Shown piece after piece: positions 1 to 13,192 of a stretch of 64,000 nt of DNA. The stretch is taken from positions 1,798,001-1,862,000 of the forward strand of contig NEEC01000013.1 of the NCBI GenBank assembly GCA_002189035.1, in the 5' to 3' direction. The notes under the pieces were generated by a model. The model had not been told where the DNA came from. It ran no database searches and saw only the letters and a program-made list of their open reading frames with translations. The translations under genes and the position numbers were made by a program. Numbering within the stretch: the stretch's first letter is position 1; each line of letters begins with the position of its first letter. This stretch comes from Utricularia gibba (taxonomy: Eukaryota > Plantae > Magnoliophyta).

Positions 1-49
1 AATAGTTAAAATTTGAAAGAAGATATCATTCCATATTAAAGAAATTCAC

Positions 50-1281
50 CTTGTCCCTCAATCTGGCTGTTGTCTGCGGAGGTGGGCATTTAATCTCAAA
101 TCTTGAGCAATATTCTACAAGATGCTTGTTTTTTCTTCCCTGGTTAGGTCCCTGGGTATGTCAAGATTGGTCATCCTCTCTAATTCTCCTATCGTATCAA
201 CCCGTCTGCAAGAGAAGAAGGAAGAAGTGAATGCCAGATAAAGGAAACCTGATGGGGCAGCTTTAGAATAGGAATGCATAATAGGCATAGTGTCAGCCAC
301 AAAAACCTGAAAGGGGGGCGTGAAATCAATTTCACTAGGAACTTCACCCAACCCATTAGCATGGTATTTTATTTTATAGCCGCCTGTAATCTCCTTGACC
401 ATCCTTTTTGATCGGTAATTTGCATGAGAAATATGAGATGAACAGCAAATAGAATTACGTAATCACCAACCGCTGAGCATTTCTTCAGTCATGGTATCAG
501 CAAAAGCCATGCAGAACCGGGTATATCATCTTCATCATGGGAGTTTCAACCTTTTCGAGAAAGCAGTCAACAAAACACGCTGAAAAAATCCAAATAATGA
601 ATAAAACACGTCAACAGCACAGCATTACCTCCAAGAAGTCACGTTTGTGAAGGAAATTCCAGATATATGAATGACTCTTGACCTGGTCCAAATAACTTTG
701 TGAACCTCTGCATTTAGCATCAAATCCAAATAGCGCAGTCGGTAGAGAGTTTCCTAGCATAGCAATCTTTTCAGTACATAGGAATCAAATTTCTGACTGT
801 TCTTGGAACCCACAAATCAGCCTCCAGCTGAATCATTACTATTATTATGGAATGAAATAAGGAAATGTGGGAAAAAAAAACTACCAATCTTGCTTCATTG
901 CTCTCTGATCCCAGACCACTTTTCTCTCATGGCACCATGTGGAGACAGTGTGAGAGAGCGGTAAAAATCTTGGGAAAAATGCTGAGCTCGCCTCATTTAC
1001 TTTTTCCAATACATTGAAACAGGATACGTAATCACATACCTAAACCTCCATACCTACTCACATACTCCGGTATGCTCGATCCAGCCTCAAACTTATGAGG
1101 ATAAATATCATCTCCAGATTCCCTCTGAACAGCAAGTGCCCACACCCTATTTTCAAAGTATTGATGAGAGACAAATGAGAACATAGCCGAACGATGATAC
1201 CACCACACAATAGGTGGATCAAAGTCCCTCATCCTCAGCAGGCGCAGCCTTGGCTACCCAAGCACCTGGTTTTCCTGATGC
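50..1281 (-). pseudogene. Cytosolic lysyl-tRNA synthetase (class II) pseudogene, running off the left edge
   Basis: Recognisable LysRS blocks: QYFENR..YPHKF, GELSIFP..SHCLHM, RYLDLMLN, VETPMM, MAFAD, MVKEITGGYKIKYHANG, KCPPPQTTARL. In-frame stops at 927-929 (TGA) and 754-756 (TAG), several frameshifts, and large internal deletions at ~1000-1033 and ~520. Introns retained. Confidence 0.9.
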
Positions 1282-2459
1282 CTGAAAAATTCGCGCCATA
1301 CCAAAGAACATTACAACTCAAAAACCCATCCGCCACAACTTGCTCTCTTTACAACATGAACCGATCACAGAGATGACTTGTGTTCAATAAATGAACACAC
1401 TACCATTGAAGGAACCCGGCGCCAAGATAAGGTGGGATGGGACAGAAAACGACGAAGAAACGGTGAGAAGTGGACCAATGTTCGCTCCGGCCACGACACC
1501 ATGGCCCAAGAAATCAAACGTGTACATTCTTACCACATCATTTAGCCCAAGTCGAAGTAGAGGAAGGTGGGACTACTGTTCTATTTCGTAAACCCCTTGT
1601 TAACGATATCTCATATTAATTATAAATGTAACATGTAACGTGCTTTGATAAAATGATCTTATTAATCTTGCATGATACGTTTTTCTTGAAAAAGTAAAAC
1701 GTAAAAAATATTCAAAACAAACAATATCGTGTAAATAATGAATGAATACATCTAAAATTTAGAATATACTTTCAAATATAATATATATTTATTTAAATAT
1801 TAAAAATTACTATATATTATAGCATTAAAATTAAAAATATTGTTTAGTTATTTTATAAATTACTATATATTAGAGAATGTTATAAAATTTCCCTTAAGCA
1901 AGGGTGATCGCATCATTTTACATGAATCCTATATTGGTTTACGAAATAAAATAAAAAAAATGAAATAGAATAATCACGTAAATTTTGTGTAAAATTTTTT
2001 CTCGAGTAAAACAGAGAATCTTGGATAAAAACTTCAAAATTAAACGTATTTCGTATTGAATAGTTCTAAACATATATTTGTTGAGATGTACCAACAAGCG
2101 GATTAAATGCAGCGTTATTCAATGCATCGACAAATTGGACCGTTTTTTTCTAAATAAATAGTAAATTCTATAAAGAAAGTTCAAAAATAAATATTTAAAA
2201 ATATACATATTTGTTTATTTTCTATAAAAAGTAGGGAGCAATTTGGTGAGACTAGGAAAGTACGTAGGTACCCCTCAGCCGGAATATATAACGGAGCAGG
2301 GCTTCTCTTCCCGGCATTTTTTTCCTATCGACGCAACAGAGGAAGAAAAACAGAGAGCGCACACAGCGAATAACTTGTTCTTCGGCTTTCTTGTTGCGTT
2401 GGTTTCACATCAATCGGCGCCGTGGAAGCAGGTGGGGGGATGTGAATTTTGAAGGGATT

Positions 2460-3302
2460 ATGGCGATGGGCACAGAGAGATCGAAACAGTTGCACAATTT
2501 CACGATGCCGTGTGATTTGAGGTGGGGAAATCAGCGATTTCTCCGGTGTATGAAGGTCGATCCTGATGGGGGGATGCCGCCGTTCCAGCGATTCACAGAG
2601 AATAATCTGGGATCCAGCGATCGTCAACGAGAGCAACGGCGGCGGACGACGAGGGATTGGGATGGGGAATTGATGCTTTCCGAGTTTGTGAATGGATCTG
2701 AAACTCCTGCAGTTACTCACAACTCAGAGGCGGAGGATGCGGTAGCAGCGGTGAGGGAGAAAGCGATGTTGGACCTCCAGACGGCGGCGGACAAGATGAA
2801 AGAAGCGTTTGCGACCCAAGCTCCAATTAAAACCTCCCGTCCGCCGCCTCCGCCGTCGGTGGACGCCGAAGCCCATCGCCCCTGGAATTTGAGAACCAGA
2901 GCAAGTGTATTCCACAAGCCGCCGGTCATCGCACAGGCCAGCCCATCCCTCGCGAAATCAGACGCGCCGCCCCAACCCAGATGCGGTCTTCTTCGACCGC
3001 CAGAGCTGACCCAAATCAACGACCGAAATTCTCAATTCCCCTCACGAAACATCAGATCGAAGAGGATTTCTTCTCAATGGCCGGTCGCCGTCCCCCCCGC
3101 CGACCCAAAAAGAGAACAAGAATCATTCAGAGATCGCTAGATGTAAGCCCCCACAAATCACCATTTTGAATCAACCCTTTGTTCAATCCTTCCCAAATTC
3201 ACAACTTTGATCTCATTTTCACATCTGCAGGATTTGTTCCCAGGGCTGTGGCTCACAGAAATCACAGCAGACAAATACAAGGTTTCAGTAGCGCCCCCTT
3301 GA
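2460..3302 (+). CDS. DUF1639-family protein, 2 exons (2460-3142, 3231-3302); one apparent frameshift near the C4 run 2970-2973
   Basis: LHNFTMP..LRWGNQRFLRC, RPWNLRTR, RPKFSIPLT..IEEDFF..GRRPPRRPKKR, DLFPGLWL motifs; GT-AG intron 3143-3230; one added base restores a single frame. Confidence 0.85.
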
Positions 3303-5405
3303 GTCTCTCTGCATTCAAACACCAGAGAGACTTAGAAATCTAGGCGCATTTATTCTTTTTCTCTTTGTTTCCCAGATTTGTTAAGAGCAGAGCTGCTCCT
3401 TGTTCCCATTGGCAACCTGCAAAACTTGTGATTAATGTCTTCATTCATTCATCAACTTCTCTGTTCAAGTTCAAAACTCTGTCCTCTGCTATGCCTCTCA
3501 GTCTGAATCTTCTTTAAACTCCCTCCCCTTCTTCTGTAACAGCTGGTTCACTTTCTCTATAAGCGAATGGGGATTTGAGGAGTATTTTTCTAACAAACCA
3601 TATCTGTCTTCATGTCCTTATGATATTCATTAATTTTAATGTGGATGTTTTTTTTAAAAAAATATTTATTTTAAATTATTATTCATAAATTCGGACCAGT
3701 GGCGATGCGTTTGTTTACATGGCCCAGTATTTCCACCGTGTCACGTGGTCATCTTCACACGAATAGACGATGTTTTTCTCGTGGGGAAAAAAAGGAAGAA
3801 AGACCCAAATTCCGGGGGGTCCACCTAGTGTTACATTTTCTTTTTTTTTAATTCAAAAAACGAAAAATTACACGTGTTTTAAAATCCTAAAAAATCTTAA
3901 ATAGTTTTCATATTTATTTATAATGAACGATTATACATTTGTAATTATAGGGATTATTTCATATTTATATGTAAATAATTTTAAAACATACACAATTATT
4001 TCACATAACCATGATTTAGGATGGATTTGATGAATTTTGTTTTTTTTTTAAAAAAAATGGTGTTAATTCAGAGGTTTTGCCTAATTAATATCATTAATAA
4101 CTAGACTAGACTATACCTTTTATTCGTCCTGGGTGCGCCAAGGCCCCCTTTTTTCAATTCAATATTAGAAAAACTATTTTCAGAAAGAATTAAAGAAGCT
4201 AGAAAATGTACGAAATTTATTTTTGACACGTGGGTTCCGACATGGACACCGTTCTTGATATAGTAATATATTTATCCACGTGTTTTTCGAAAGCGAATAG
4301 CATATATTAATATATATAATCGTGAAAAAAGATTTACCTTCAATTGTTGGATTTGTTTAGCAAATAGTATATTTAGGATTATTTTTTATATAAATTAAAT
4401 TACTCAATATTACTTAAATAACACCATATATGAAAACAAAATCTTAATAAATCTTTTGTTTGCATGAAAATTAAATCTATTCACATTTAATTTTTTATTT
4501 ATGACAATTGAAATGGATTAAACAAATATTTTATGAATAGATTGAATTCGTTATTCAATTTAAAATAAAATTATATTGAATTCTTTTAATAATAAATTGA
4601 CTATCTTAATAATTTTTAATTAGGATACTTGACTCCATTCATTCCCATTATTTTTTGTTCTCATGTTTTGAATATTAGTTATAATTGATCCCTAATATTG
4701 AAAAATTAAATATATTTGATGTTTATTTTTTTTATAATTTGATAATATCAATCCCTATTCTCCGACCGACCATCACCTACGGTCGCCCACGCCGGTGGTG
4801 GGCGGCGGCATGCCTGCGACGGTCGGCGGCGCCGGCAGGGGTGTGCTGCCGGCGATGATCAATATTAAAATAATGTTTATGATTATCAATTATGACATTT
4901 AGTTAAAATAAGGAATATTCGTGCAATTTTACATTTTTAATTATATTTTGAAATATCTTTTAAAAAATAAAATTATTATTTAAACAAGGTAACGTTAACG
5001 GTAACCGAGTACCGAGTGAGGGGGCTGCGAGGTGGATTCTATGGGCAGATGTTGGAAAAGGTAGTTCTCCGTATGTACCTGTCGACTTGGTTCAGCAGCG
5101 AAGAATTAATTCGGCCGACAGCCAGATCCTCGATCGGAGCTCATGTCACGTGTAGAGATTCCCATCGAGGACTCCGCCGGGCAGGGCATCGCCCTGTTTA
5201 TAAACGCAATCTCCGCTGAAGCAGCGCCTCGTCCATCGATTTCTGCTTCGATCGGCTTTTGGAGTTTCAGGTAAAACGCAAATCGTTGTTCCTTGCGGTT
5301 TCAATTTGCCGGAATAGTGCGGATCTGGAGGGTTTGAATTCATCGATTGGTGATGCTTGAGTTTGTTGGGGGAAAAATGGTGTGTTTGTAGTCGAATTGA
5401 GAAAA

Positions 5406-6009
5406 ATGGGGCATTATGCGGGGCCGGGCAATCGGAGTTTAGCTGCGGCGTCTTGCTGGTCGGATGAAGTTGTTTGCCCTAAGCCGAGGCGGCGACGGCT
5501 TGCTTCTCCTTCCTTCAATGATGTTGTTACTCTCAGGCCGATGAGATGGTTCACCAGGTAATCAATCACTTCTGCTTGTTTGAAATTTCAGAGAAAAGTG
5601 CATCTCAACTTCTGCTTGTTTGATGTTAAAAAGCAGTCATCACCAAGAGTGTTTTGGATCTGAAGCAGCTGAAAATGGATTGTCAGAGATAATTCTGTTG
5701 CAGGTTAGCAAGTTTTTGCATAAACAAAGGACGACAAGGCCATTTCTGAGTTCCACTGTTGTGTTCACTCTTAACAATAATCTGATATCTGATCAGGGAA
5801 GTGGTGGCGGTGCCGACACCGAGACTGATGAATCCGGCCAACACCTAATGGCATTCGGGTTATCCGGGTCACCGCCGGCGAGAGTTTCCAATCCACATAT
5901 CCAAGATCCCCGTTTCTTTGAGGTTAAATCTTGGAAACCTGCGGTCAGGATCGAGGGGTTCGATCCTCCTCCTCCTCCTCCCGGTAAAATCAGCAGCACT
6001 CTCCCATGA
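5406..6009 (+). CDS. Uncharacterised plant protein of the VVCPKPRR / GSPPxRxxNP / KPAVRIEGFD family; 3 exons (5406-5557, 5637-5703, 5797-6009)
   Basis: Three family motifs read in one frame across canonical GT-AG introns; TATA-like TTTATAAA near 5198. Confidence 0.85.
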
Positions 6010-7052
6010 CTTCTCCGGCTTAGAGAGGTATCCACCTGTATCATTGTCGACGTTTTTTATCCATTTTTTTGGGAAAATGTACATAATTCACTGCAATGAG
6101 AATGAAAATAGGTGCTTTTCTTCAGTTTGTAACGAGACTTCCTTGAAAAAGGGAGACCGTACAGTACATTGCTCCTCTTGTCCTTGTTCATACTCCATGG
6201 ATTGGGCCATAACTCTAATCCATTTTAGTTTCGATCCAGCCCGTTTTTCGTAATGGGCTTCCCATTCTTCTTACGTTCAAGCCCAATACATAATTTTTAA
6301 GTTTCTTATTCTTGAATATTTGAATTTTTCTTTTAAATCATAATAAATTAAATAATTTTCAAATATGACATCATAAGTATGAGAGTATGTTTGATAGTAT
6401 GATATAGAAAACTTGTATCCAATTTTATATATATACTGCTATTTGATTAACTAGTATATATGTGTCGGTCTTATATAATTATACCCTTTATATACTCATT
6501 TTTAAATATGTAATTAGCATACACAAATAGAGCAGACTAATTATATTTATATCATTCGTATACTCAGACTTCTATTATCAAATATCAAACATATATACAA
6601 TTGAGTATTCATATAGTTATATTATACTATACTTAAATATACTATCAAGAGACCTGTTAAAAATATCCCAATTGAATCATCATTAAATTGTTTTAGATTA
6701 TTAATCATTCATTAAGAAATTTGAATTCAAATCATTTGAATATACAAAATTATAAATAATTTAATCGATTCAATTATAATATGATATTTTTTTGAAAAGG
6801 ATAATATAAAAAAAGATATTCCTTTTTAAAAAAAATTAACAGTTTAATCAGGATTTGAATTGAAATTAAACTATTCACATCACAATGATTTTTTTTAATA
6901 TTTGAAAACAGTTATTCGACTATTTAAGGTAAGGAGATACGCCAACTGGATTCATCCAAGCCCGATCAAGTGGGGCGGATGCCACTATAAAAATGACTCC
7001 ACGCGCCCACCCACTTCAAATAATTTCCTCTTCTGTAGAAGAAAAAGCTGCA

Positions 7053-7810
7053 ATGAGTTGCAATGGTTGCAGAGTTCTTCGGAAAGCCTGTCCCCAAAGC
7101 TGCGCCTTACGGGATTCCCTGAAATGGATCCAATCCGATGAAGCCCAGGCCAACGCCACCAGGTTTCTTGCCAAGTTCTACGGCCGGAGCGGTCTCATCA
7201 ACCTCCTCGCCGGCGCCGGGACACGCGCCGACCGTCGCCGTACGTTTTATATCAAACCCTAACTTCTTCCGATTTCGCGTCGCTGATTATGGATTTTGAT
7301 GTTCTCAGAAATCTCTCAGTCGCTTCTGTACGAGGCTTGTGGCCGGATTATTAGCCCGATCTATGGATCTGTGGGACTGTTCGCCGACGGCAAATGGCAG
7401 CGGTGCCGTTCCGCCGTCGAATCGGTTCTCAACGGAACCCCCTGCTGAAAGTGATCACCGTGGAGGGAGAAACGGAGAAAGAGTTGGCGGTGTCCCCGAC
7501 CCAAGCCTGCGAAATCCGACACGTCTCCAAGGAGTCAATTGTCGATCGCCACATCCGGACTCGGAAGCGCGCAAGAAAGGACACGTCGATGAGCCAGAGT
7601 GAGCTACACCAGTTACTCTCCGTGGTGAATCTCCCAGTCCCCCAAGAGAAATTCACTCTTACTGGGTGGGATTGCAAGGAGATGAATAGATCAAAACCGT
7701 TTCCGGTGGAGACGACGCCGCCGGGCGTGGAGGTCAGCCCCCACTGCGGCGGTTCTATCGAACTGGAGTTGACGTTGGGCCCGAGTCATCTCCTTCTACA
7801 CTGTTCCTGA
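7053..7810 (+). CDS. Class II LOB-domain transcription factor (LBD40/41/42 type); exons 7053-7239 and 7309-7810; apparent frameshift at C5 run 7438-7442
   Basis: [13 protein letters not shown]...[44 protein letters not shown]-terminal EAR-like LELTLG; one extra C gives NGTPLLKV. Confidence 0.9.
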
Positions 7811-7970
7811 AACCTCCGATTAGTTTCCACAGCAAAACAACATTTGGGTCTTCCGATTCAACGTCAGTTGAAAGAATATTCATTCCATGTACGTGTGGTG
7901 TCCCGTCTGGTCTTTATGTGTGTTTTAGGTGAATATTCTCCATTCCATTCCATTCCATGTACCGTGCAAC

Positions 7971-8230
7971 CTTTCTGCAACTTGAGACAAGGTTTTCGCT
8001 GTCAGAAGCTTCATCCCAGGTGTCGTCCATACGAGGAAGAAAGCATCAGCCCATGAGCACTTGACCAGCACATCGCTATCGCTTCTGTACAAGCATTTTA
8101 CACTTATAATGGATCATATCTGCGACCTCCATCTTCAGTTATCGTTGCATGATCAGGACCTACGTTGCACGATTCCCTGCGATTTGTATGAAATCACGTA
8201 TAGAGTGTCTGATTCGTCGGGTGAATACAA
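7971..8230 (-). pseudogene. Decayed coding relic of an unidentified protein
   Basis: Minus frames read VISYKSQGIVQRRS* / HATITEDGGRRYDPL* and a stop-free 114-nt AG..GT-bounded segment (8084-7971) SDSDVLVKCSWADAFFLVWTTPGMKLLTAKTLSQVAE; no start or further exons seen. Confidence 0.4.
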
Positions 8231-8737
8231 GATGCAATTCTTGCATACTTTTTTAAATTTAAAATTTCTAGTGTGTTATTTCATTTTTTATGGTATTGAC
8301 TTTTAGTTATTTGATAAATGAATTTTATTTTATTTGTGATTGTATTAATTTGTATCTGAAATTAACGAATCTCGCACTCACACTACGAAAACTCATCTTC
8401 GTCTTATATGATATTATTCATTTTAGGAGTCAAATCTTAACAATTTTATGTTCTTTTTTTAAGAAAAAGGAATCATGCAAGATAAAAAATATATCTTTAT
8501 TAAAATATGTCTCATTTTCTATTCGTAATCAATATGAAATACTGTAACCATCATAATATCACCCAAAATCTTGCACCTCGCACCCATTTTGGTGCAACCT
8601 TGTACAAGACATACCCACTCCGAAATTAAATTATCCTGCCCTAATGATACATTTGTTCTATGAATATGATCCATACATTAGATTCCGATGTGGAAAGATA
8701 TTTAAGTGGACTCCGACACCCAAATTAGGGCGTGTCA

Positions 8738-8764
8738 GCCCCTGGTTTCTTCTTCTATTTATAG
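8738..8764 (-). promoter_or_regulatory. TATA box (CTATAAATAG) next to an exact HRPE-consensus element (AAACCAGGGGC)
   Basis: GCCCCTGGTTT at 8738-8748 on plus matches AAACCA(G/C)3GC; ACGT-core elements further upstream on minus (to ~9015). Confidence 0.35.
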
Positions 8765-11625
8765 TAATGGTTTCCCGATTGGGGTTTGTTTGTGTGGGAG
8801 TTACGTGCGGATTCGGCCTCGACGGCAAGTCCATATCCGGAAGGGGATTCAATTCACAAGTATCGCATCTCTTATCCTAATTTGAGGGGGGTGGGCTTGC
8901 GTGTTCGGCACCGTGTGGGGCCCACGTCCCGGATTCTAATTTTAGAAAAAAGGGATTGCGTGGTCGTGATTAGGCGGCTAAAATGCGCATCATCATCATT
9001 AGTGGATCCGACGTGTCTCATGGGATGCACCTAATCAGTTCCCAAAACCACCCCATCCGCACCACCTGCGGTCTTCCTTTCTGACAAAATTAAAATAACT
9101 TATCTTACATTACAGTCTCCATAGTAACAAACATGTCCCAACTGTTCAAACTTCAAATTAATATATTAATATTAATAATACTATTATCATGTATTTTGAA
9201 AAAAAAATAACACAGTAAATATTGGATATTAAAACAAATAATATCGTATAAAAAATATGAACATTAATATATAATTTATTCGTCATTCTACCAAGTGGGA
9301 GTCTAGTATTAATCTCTAAAGAATCAGCTCTTTTTTTATTTTTTATTTTTGATGATAAGAATGCTAGATATATTTAATTTGAAGTATAAGATTTAAATAA
9401 CAACTATACTATATAATTACTTAAAATATTAAATGGATAAATTAATTATTCATACCAACTTAAAATACTACATATGGTGGAACCTCTTGTGCGTAGCCAT
9501 TGGTACGTCATATATTGTAACTTTGATAATGAGCATTCGACTTGTTTGAAACGTTTGATATTTATTTAATTCTAAATAATCCAAAGAATCAACTCTTAAT
9601 TAATCAGTGATTTGGAATGATCCTTCTCACATATTTCTGAAAATTTAAAATGAAATGCATTTTATTTTGTATTCTCTTAAAGAGCATGAAGTTCATTCCT
9701 ATAGGCTATAATTCATATGTTAAGCAGTTTTCTATAAAATTTTTAAAATATATTTCTACTTTTTAGAAGTAAAAATAATTTTGTTTTAGGACAATTTTAA
9801 TTATAAAAGTAATTATATCAAAAACAATTTTAAAATTATAACTACAAAAATTATTTTTTGAAAAGTAATGAATTGCTTACTTTTAATTTTTATTTTTACT
9901 TTTCAAAAGTAATTTTAAAAATTAAAAACAGTTTTCAAAAATTTTCCATAACAATACTTTACTTACAAAAGCTAATTATTTAGTTTTAGCTGTGTTCTGC
10001 CACGTCATCCCGTGGCATGTGCCCCCATGTGTCGGGCACACGCCACAGACGCTAATAATAATTCTTTAATATACGTTGGTCCCAAATTTTTGAATAATTT
10101 AAAAATCTGACCATCTAAATACTCTTTCATACATACTACATTAAAAAAAATACACTAAGAATGATTATATTTCTCATGCAGTAGTAAGTGGGTGGTCCGA
10201 TTTCTAAATACCCTCAAATTTTTTGAATAATTGAAAAATTTGATAATATATCAAACATTGTATTAGAAAAATGGTCAATTATAATATAAATTTTCAATTT
10301 AGTATGTAAGAGCGAGTATAAGTATAGCCATTTTTGTAAGTGACCCAAATTTTTATATGAATGACATTTATTTGCATAATAAATTACCTTTTAATTTGCT
10401 CGATATGAAATTAAATTGAGGTTATTTTGCACATTTGAAGAAAATTGAGTATGTTTCATAGAGCTTCTTATTTGATTGAGAATTTTACATATAACATTAT
10501 TAAAATGGTAATAATTAAATAATGTTTTTTATAATATGAAAATAGGCTACATAATATAGAAGATTGCCAAAATGCTCATCATTTGAAGTGCATTTGTATG
10601 AAATATTAAATATAATCATCAATTTATTCAGAAAAAAGTAATAAGTGAAGGGAAAAACTTTGTATACTAAAAGATTTTTGCCTTCATGTATTTTATGGTA
10701 TTTTTTGATGGAACCTATGATATGTGCGGTTGAAATAAATCATGTCTTTTATTTATAAATTAGATTTGATTTATCCAATAGAAATGTTGCTAGATTTAAG
10801 GAGACATTAGAAAATATAATATGCATCACATGATTTTTTTCCATAAAATATAAATAATTTTAAAATCATAAATAAAAATATAAATTTACTATTAAATATT
10901 AATTTTAAAATATAAAAATACGAACAAAATGTATGTTATCAATTACTAAATGAATTGGGTGTGTTTGGTCACCCTTTTGAACTGGTAAGCAAGGAACGGT
11001 AAGATTTGCATGGCATGGCCCCCATTTCCATGTGGTATTAGTTATATTTAGGATGCTGATATTTTCTTGTCGGAGTGCCGTACAGACACGGGCTGGTGGC
11101 CCGGACACGGTTTTGGACTCCGCACACCATTTTGGGAGGTGGTTTTGTGACCTCACCGGACACCCAATCATCTTCCTGTGATTACTTTACCCGAAATGGA
11201 AAAAATCCTTGCAAATTACTCCCCCCTTTTCTTTTAGTCAATTATGTCATAATTTGACCAAATTGCCCAACTTTAACTATGTGGTTTTCTATCATCCTAG
11301 TTCTCAAAGATTTATAAATATTTGGTATTTTAAAAATTTAGAAAACTCAAATTTTTCTTTTTTTTGTGAGAATATTTTGAAAAATTATTCTCGTGAATAT
11401 GAAGTCTTTTTTTCAAGAACGCAAAATCGTAAAAATTGGGTGTTCAAAGCGGATAATATATCACTCATTAATAAGTTGTATTATTGATTAAATTAAGATA
11501 AATCATTGGTGTTTTTTTTCTCAAGCAAAATTAGAAACACAATAAAGACTGAGAAAACTGATTGGGCTTTTTTCTTATGTTGTAGGGTTTGTGATGGGGG
11601 GTTGCAGTGATTGGGTTTTTATGAA

Positions 11626-11700
11626 AGGCCCATACTGAAAACTTACTGGGCTTATCACAGGCCCATACTGAAAACTTATTGGGCTTAACGTAGGCCCATG
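11626..11700. repeat. 33-bp tandem repeat (about 2.3 copies) built from site II (GGCCCA/TGGGCT) elements
   Basis: AGGCCCATACTGAAAACTTA(C/T)TGGGCTTA starts at 11626 and 11659; partial AGGCCCAT at 11692; telobox-like AGGGTTT at ~11584. Confidence 0.8.
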
Positions 11701-12069
11701 TATACGATGCAGGCCGATTTTGAGAAGCCCAAGCCTACTTAACGGCATAAAGCCGAGCAAGTGTTGTTCAGATCTCTGCAGATCCTGTGTTTCCAAGCAT
11801 TGTGTCGTCGTCCCCAACGTCTGTTTCCGCATCATTATGATTCTAATCTTGAGTTATTTCATAATTAAACAGCAGAAGAAGGGAGCGAAGGCGTTGTTGG
11901 AATTGGGGAAGAATTTCATTATGATACAGAATGGGATAACAGAGAGGGACACGATCCATATGTACATTGCAAATTTACAAGGACGGGAAGCTAGCAGGAA
12001 GAAGAAGAAGAAGAGCTGTTCACAGAGATGAAACACAACGACTAGGAGTTAGATTAGGGTGGGATCCGC

Positions 12070-12692
12070 CTACTCACGGCTGCGGGAGTTGGAAATGGCC
12101 TCATACTCCGCCGCAGCGATGATACTGAGATCATTGAGACGGCTGAAATCCCCCATCATGAACAGCCCATTCCCGTTGACGACATCGCCGTCTTTGTCCT
12201 CGGAAACCTTGTCACTGCGACACCCGGAGTCATGCGAAGATTCCCAGGATTCAGTTTCGAAGACAGAGGAAGGGGATTTCTGATTCATGTCGGAGCAGTT
12301 TTTAGCCCTCAATTTCTCCTCAATGTCAAGCTTCTTCGCCACGTAGGCCTCCGCCGCCTCCTCCGCGGTGGCGAATGTTCCCAGCCAGACACGCTTGCCT
12401 TTGCGCAGAGGATCCCTAATTTCCGCCGCGAATTTCCCCCACTTCCTGCGCCTCACCCCACGAAGCTCCGATTCCCCTCCTCACGCCAACGCAAATCCTT
12501 CAAATCCCTAAAATCACCCGATTCCCCCTTTTTGCGAGCAACTCTCGCCGGCGCCCGTCGCAGCACGATTTCGTGGACCTTCCTCTTCGAATTGGTCTCA
12601 GATTCGTCAGAAGATGAATCAGTGGCGTAGGGATCGGAATACGAAACTCTGATTCTCGTCGCGGAGTAGAATTTCAGCTTCAGATCGTCCAT
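12070..12692 (-). CDS. AP2/ERF transcription factor, cytokinin response factor (CRF) type, single exon; apparent frameshift at 12456-12459
   Basis: CRF domain [25 protein letters not shown], then AP2 domain [FVGV][34 protein letters not shown] motif; one extra G joins the two ORFs. Confidence 0.9.
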
Positions 12693-13192
12693 GAACACAG
12701 CAACCCAGACGCAGAGAAAGAAATACAACTTCAAGCTTCGGTTACAAATTGGAAGGATCTAGATGTTCTTACAACGAGACAAAGGACCCCCCTCCCCCCT
12801 ATTTATATTTTTTTCAAAATTCAGAAAAAACACCACCCAGAAACAAAGAATATTCCATCCGCATATCTACCAGCGGTTCCAATGTCATCAACACATGAAT
12901 GAATGTGGCATCTAATTTAATGCAATATTTTTTCCATGGTTCTGCATTTTCCTCATTATTTCATATTCAAAAAACCCAAAAAAAAAAAAAAAATGAATCG
13001 ATCCCCTATATTTCAAATGCCATTTCAGTCCAATATCAAAGTGCACACTATGATTTCTTTCCCCTGTAGTAACAGCAAATCATGAATGCAAACTGAGTGA
13101 TAAGCGTACCTATGAGCTGTTCCTTGAGCTCCTGGACAATGGGGTTGTCCCCTGATCCATCTTTTGTGGAGAGAAAATGCAGGAAGCCTGAT

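Noticed and set aside
4100-4150. Helitron 3' end (hairpin plus CTAG on minus)
   Set aside because: Hairpin is imperfect and too far from the CTAG; no 5' end or second copy visible.
12693-12810. Conserved-peptide uORF known from some CRF genes
   Set aside because: The region between the TATA (~12800) and the ATG is short and contains no such uORF.
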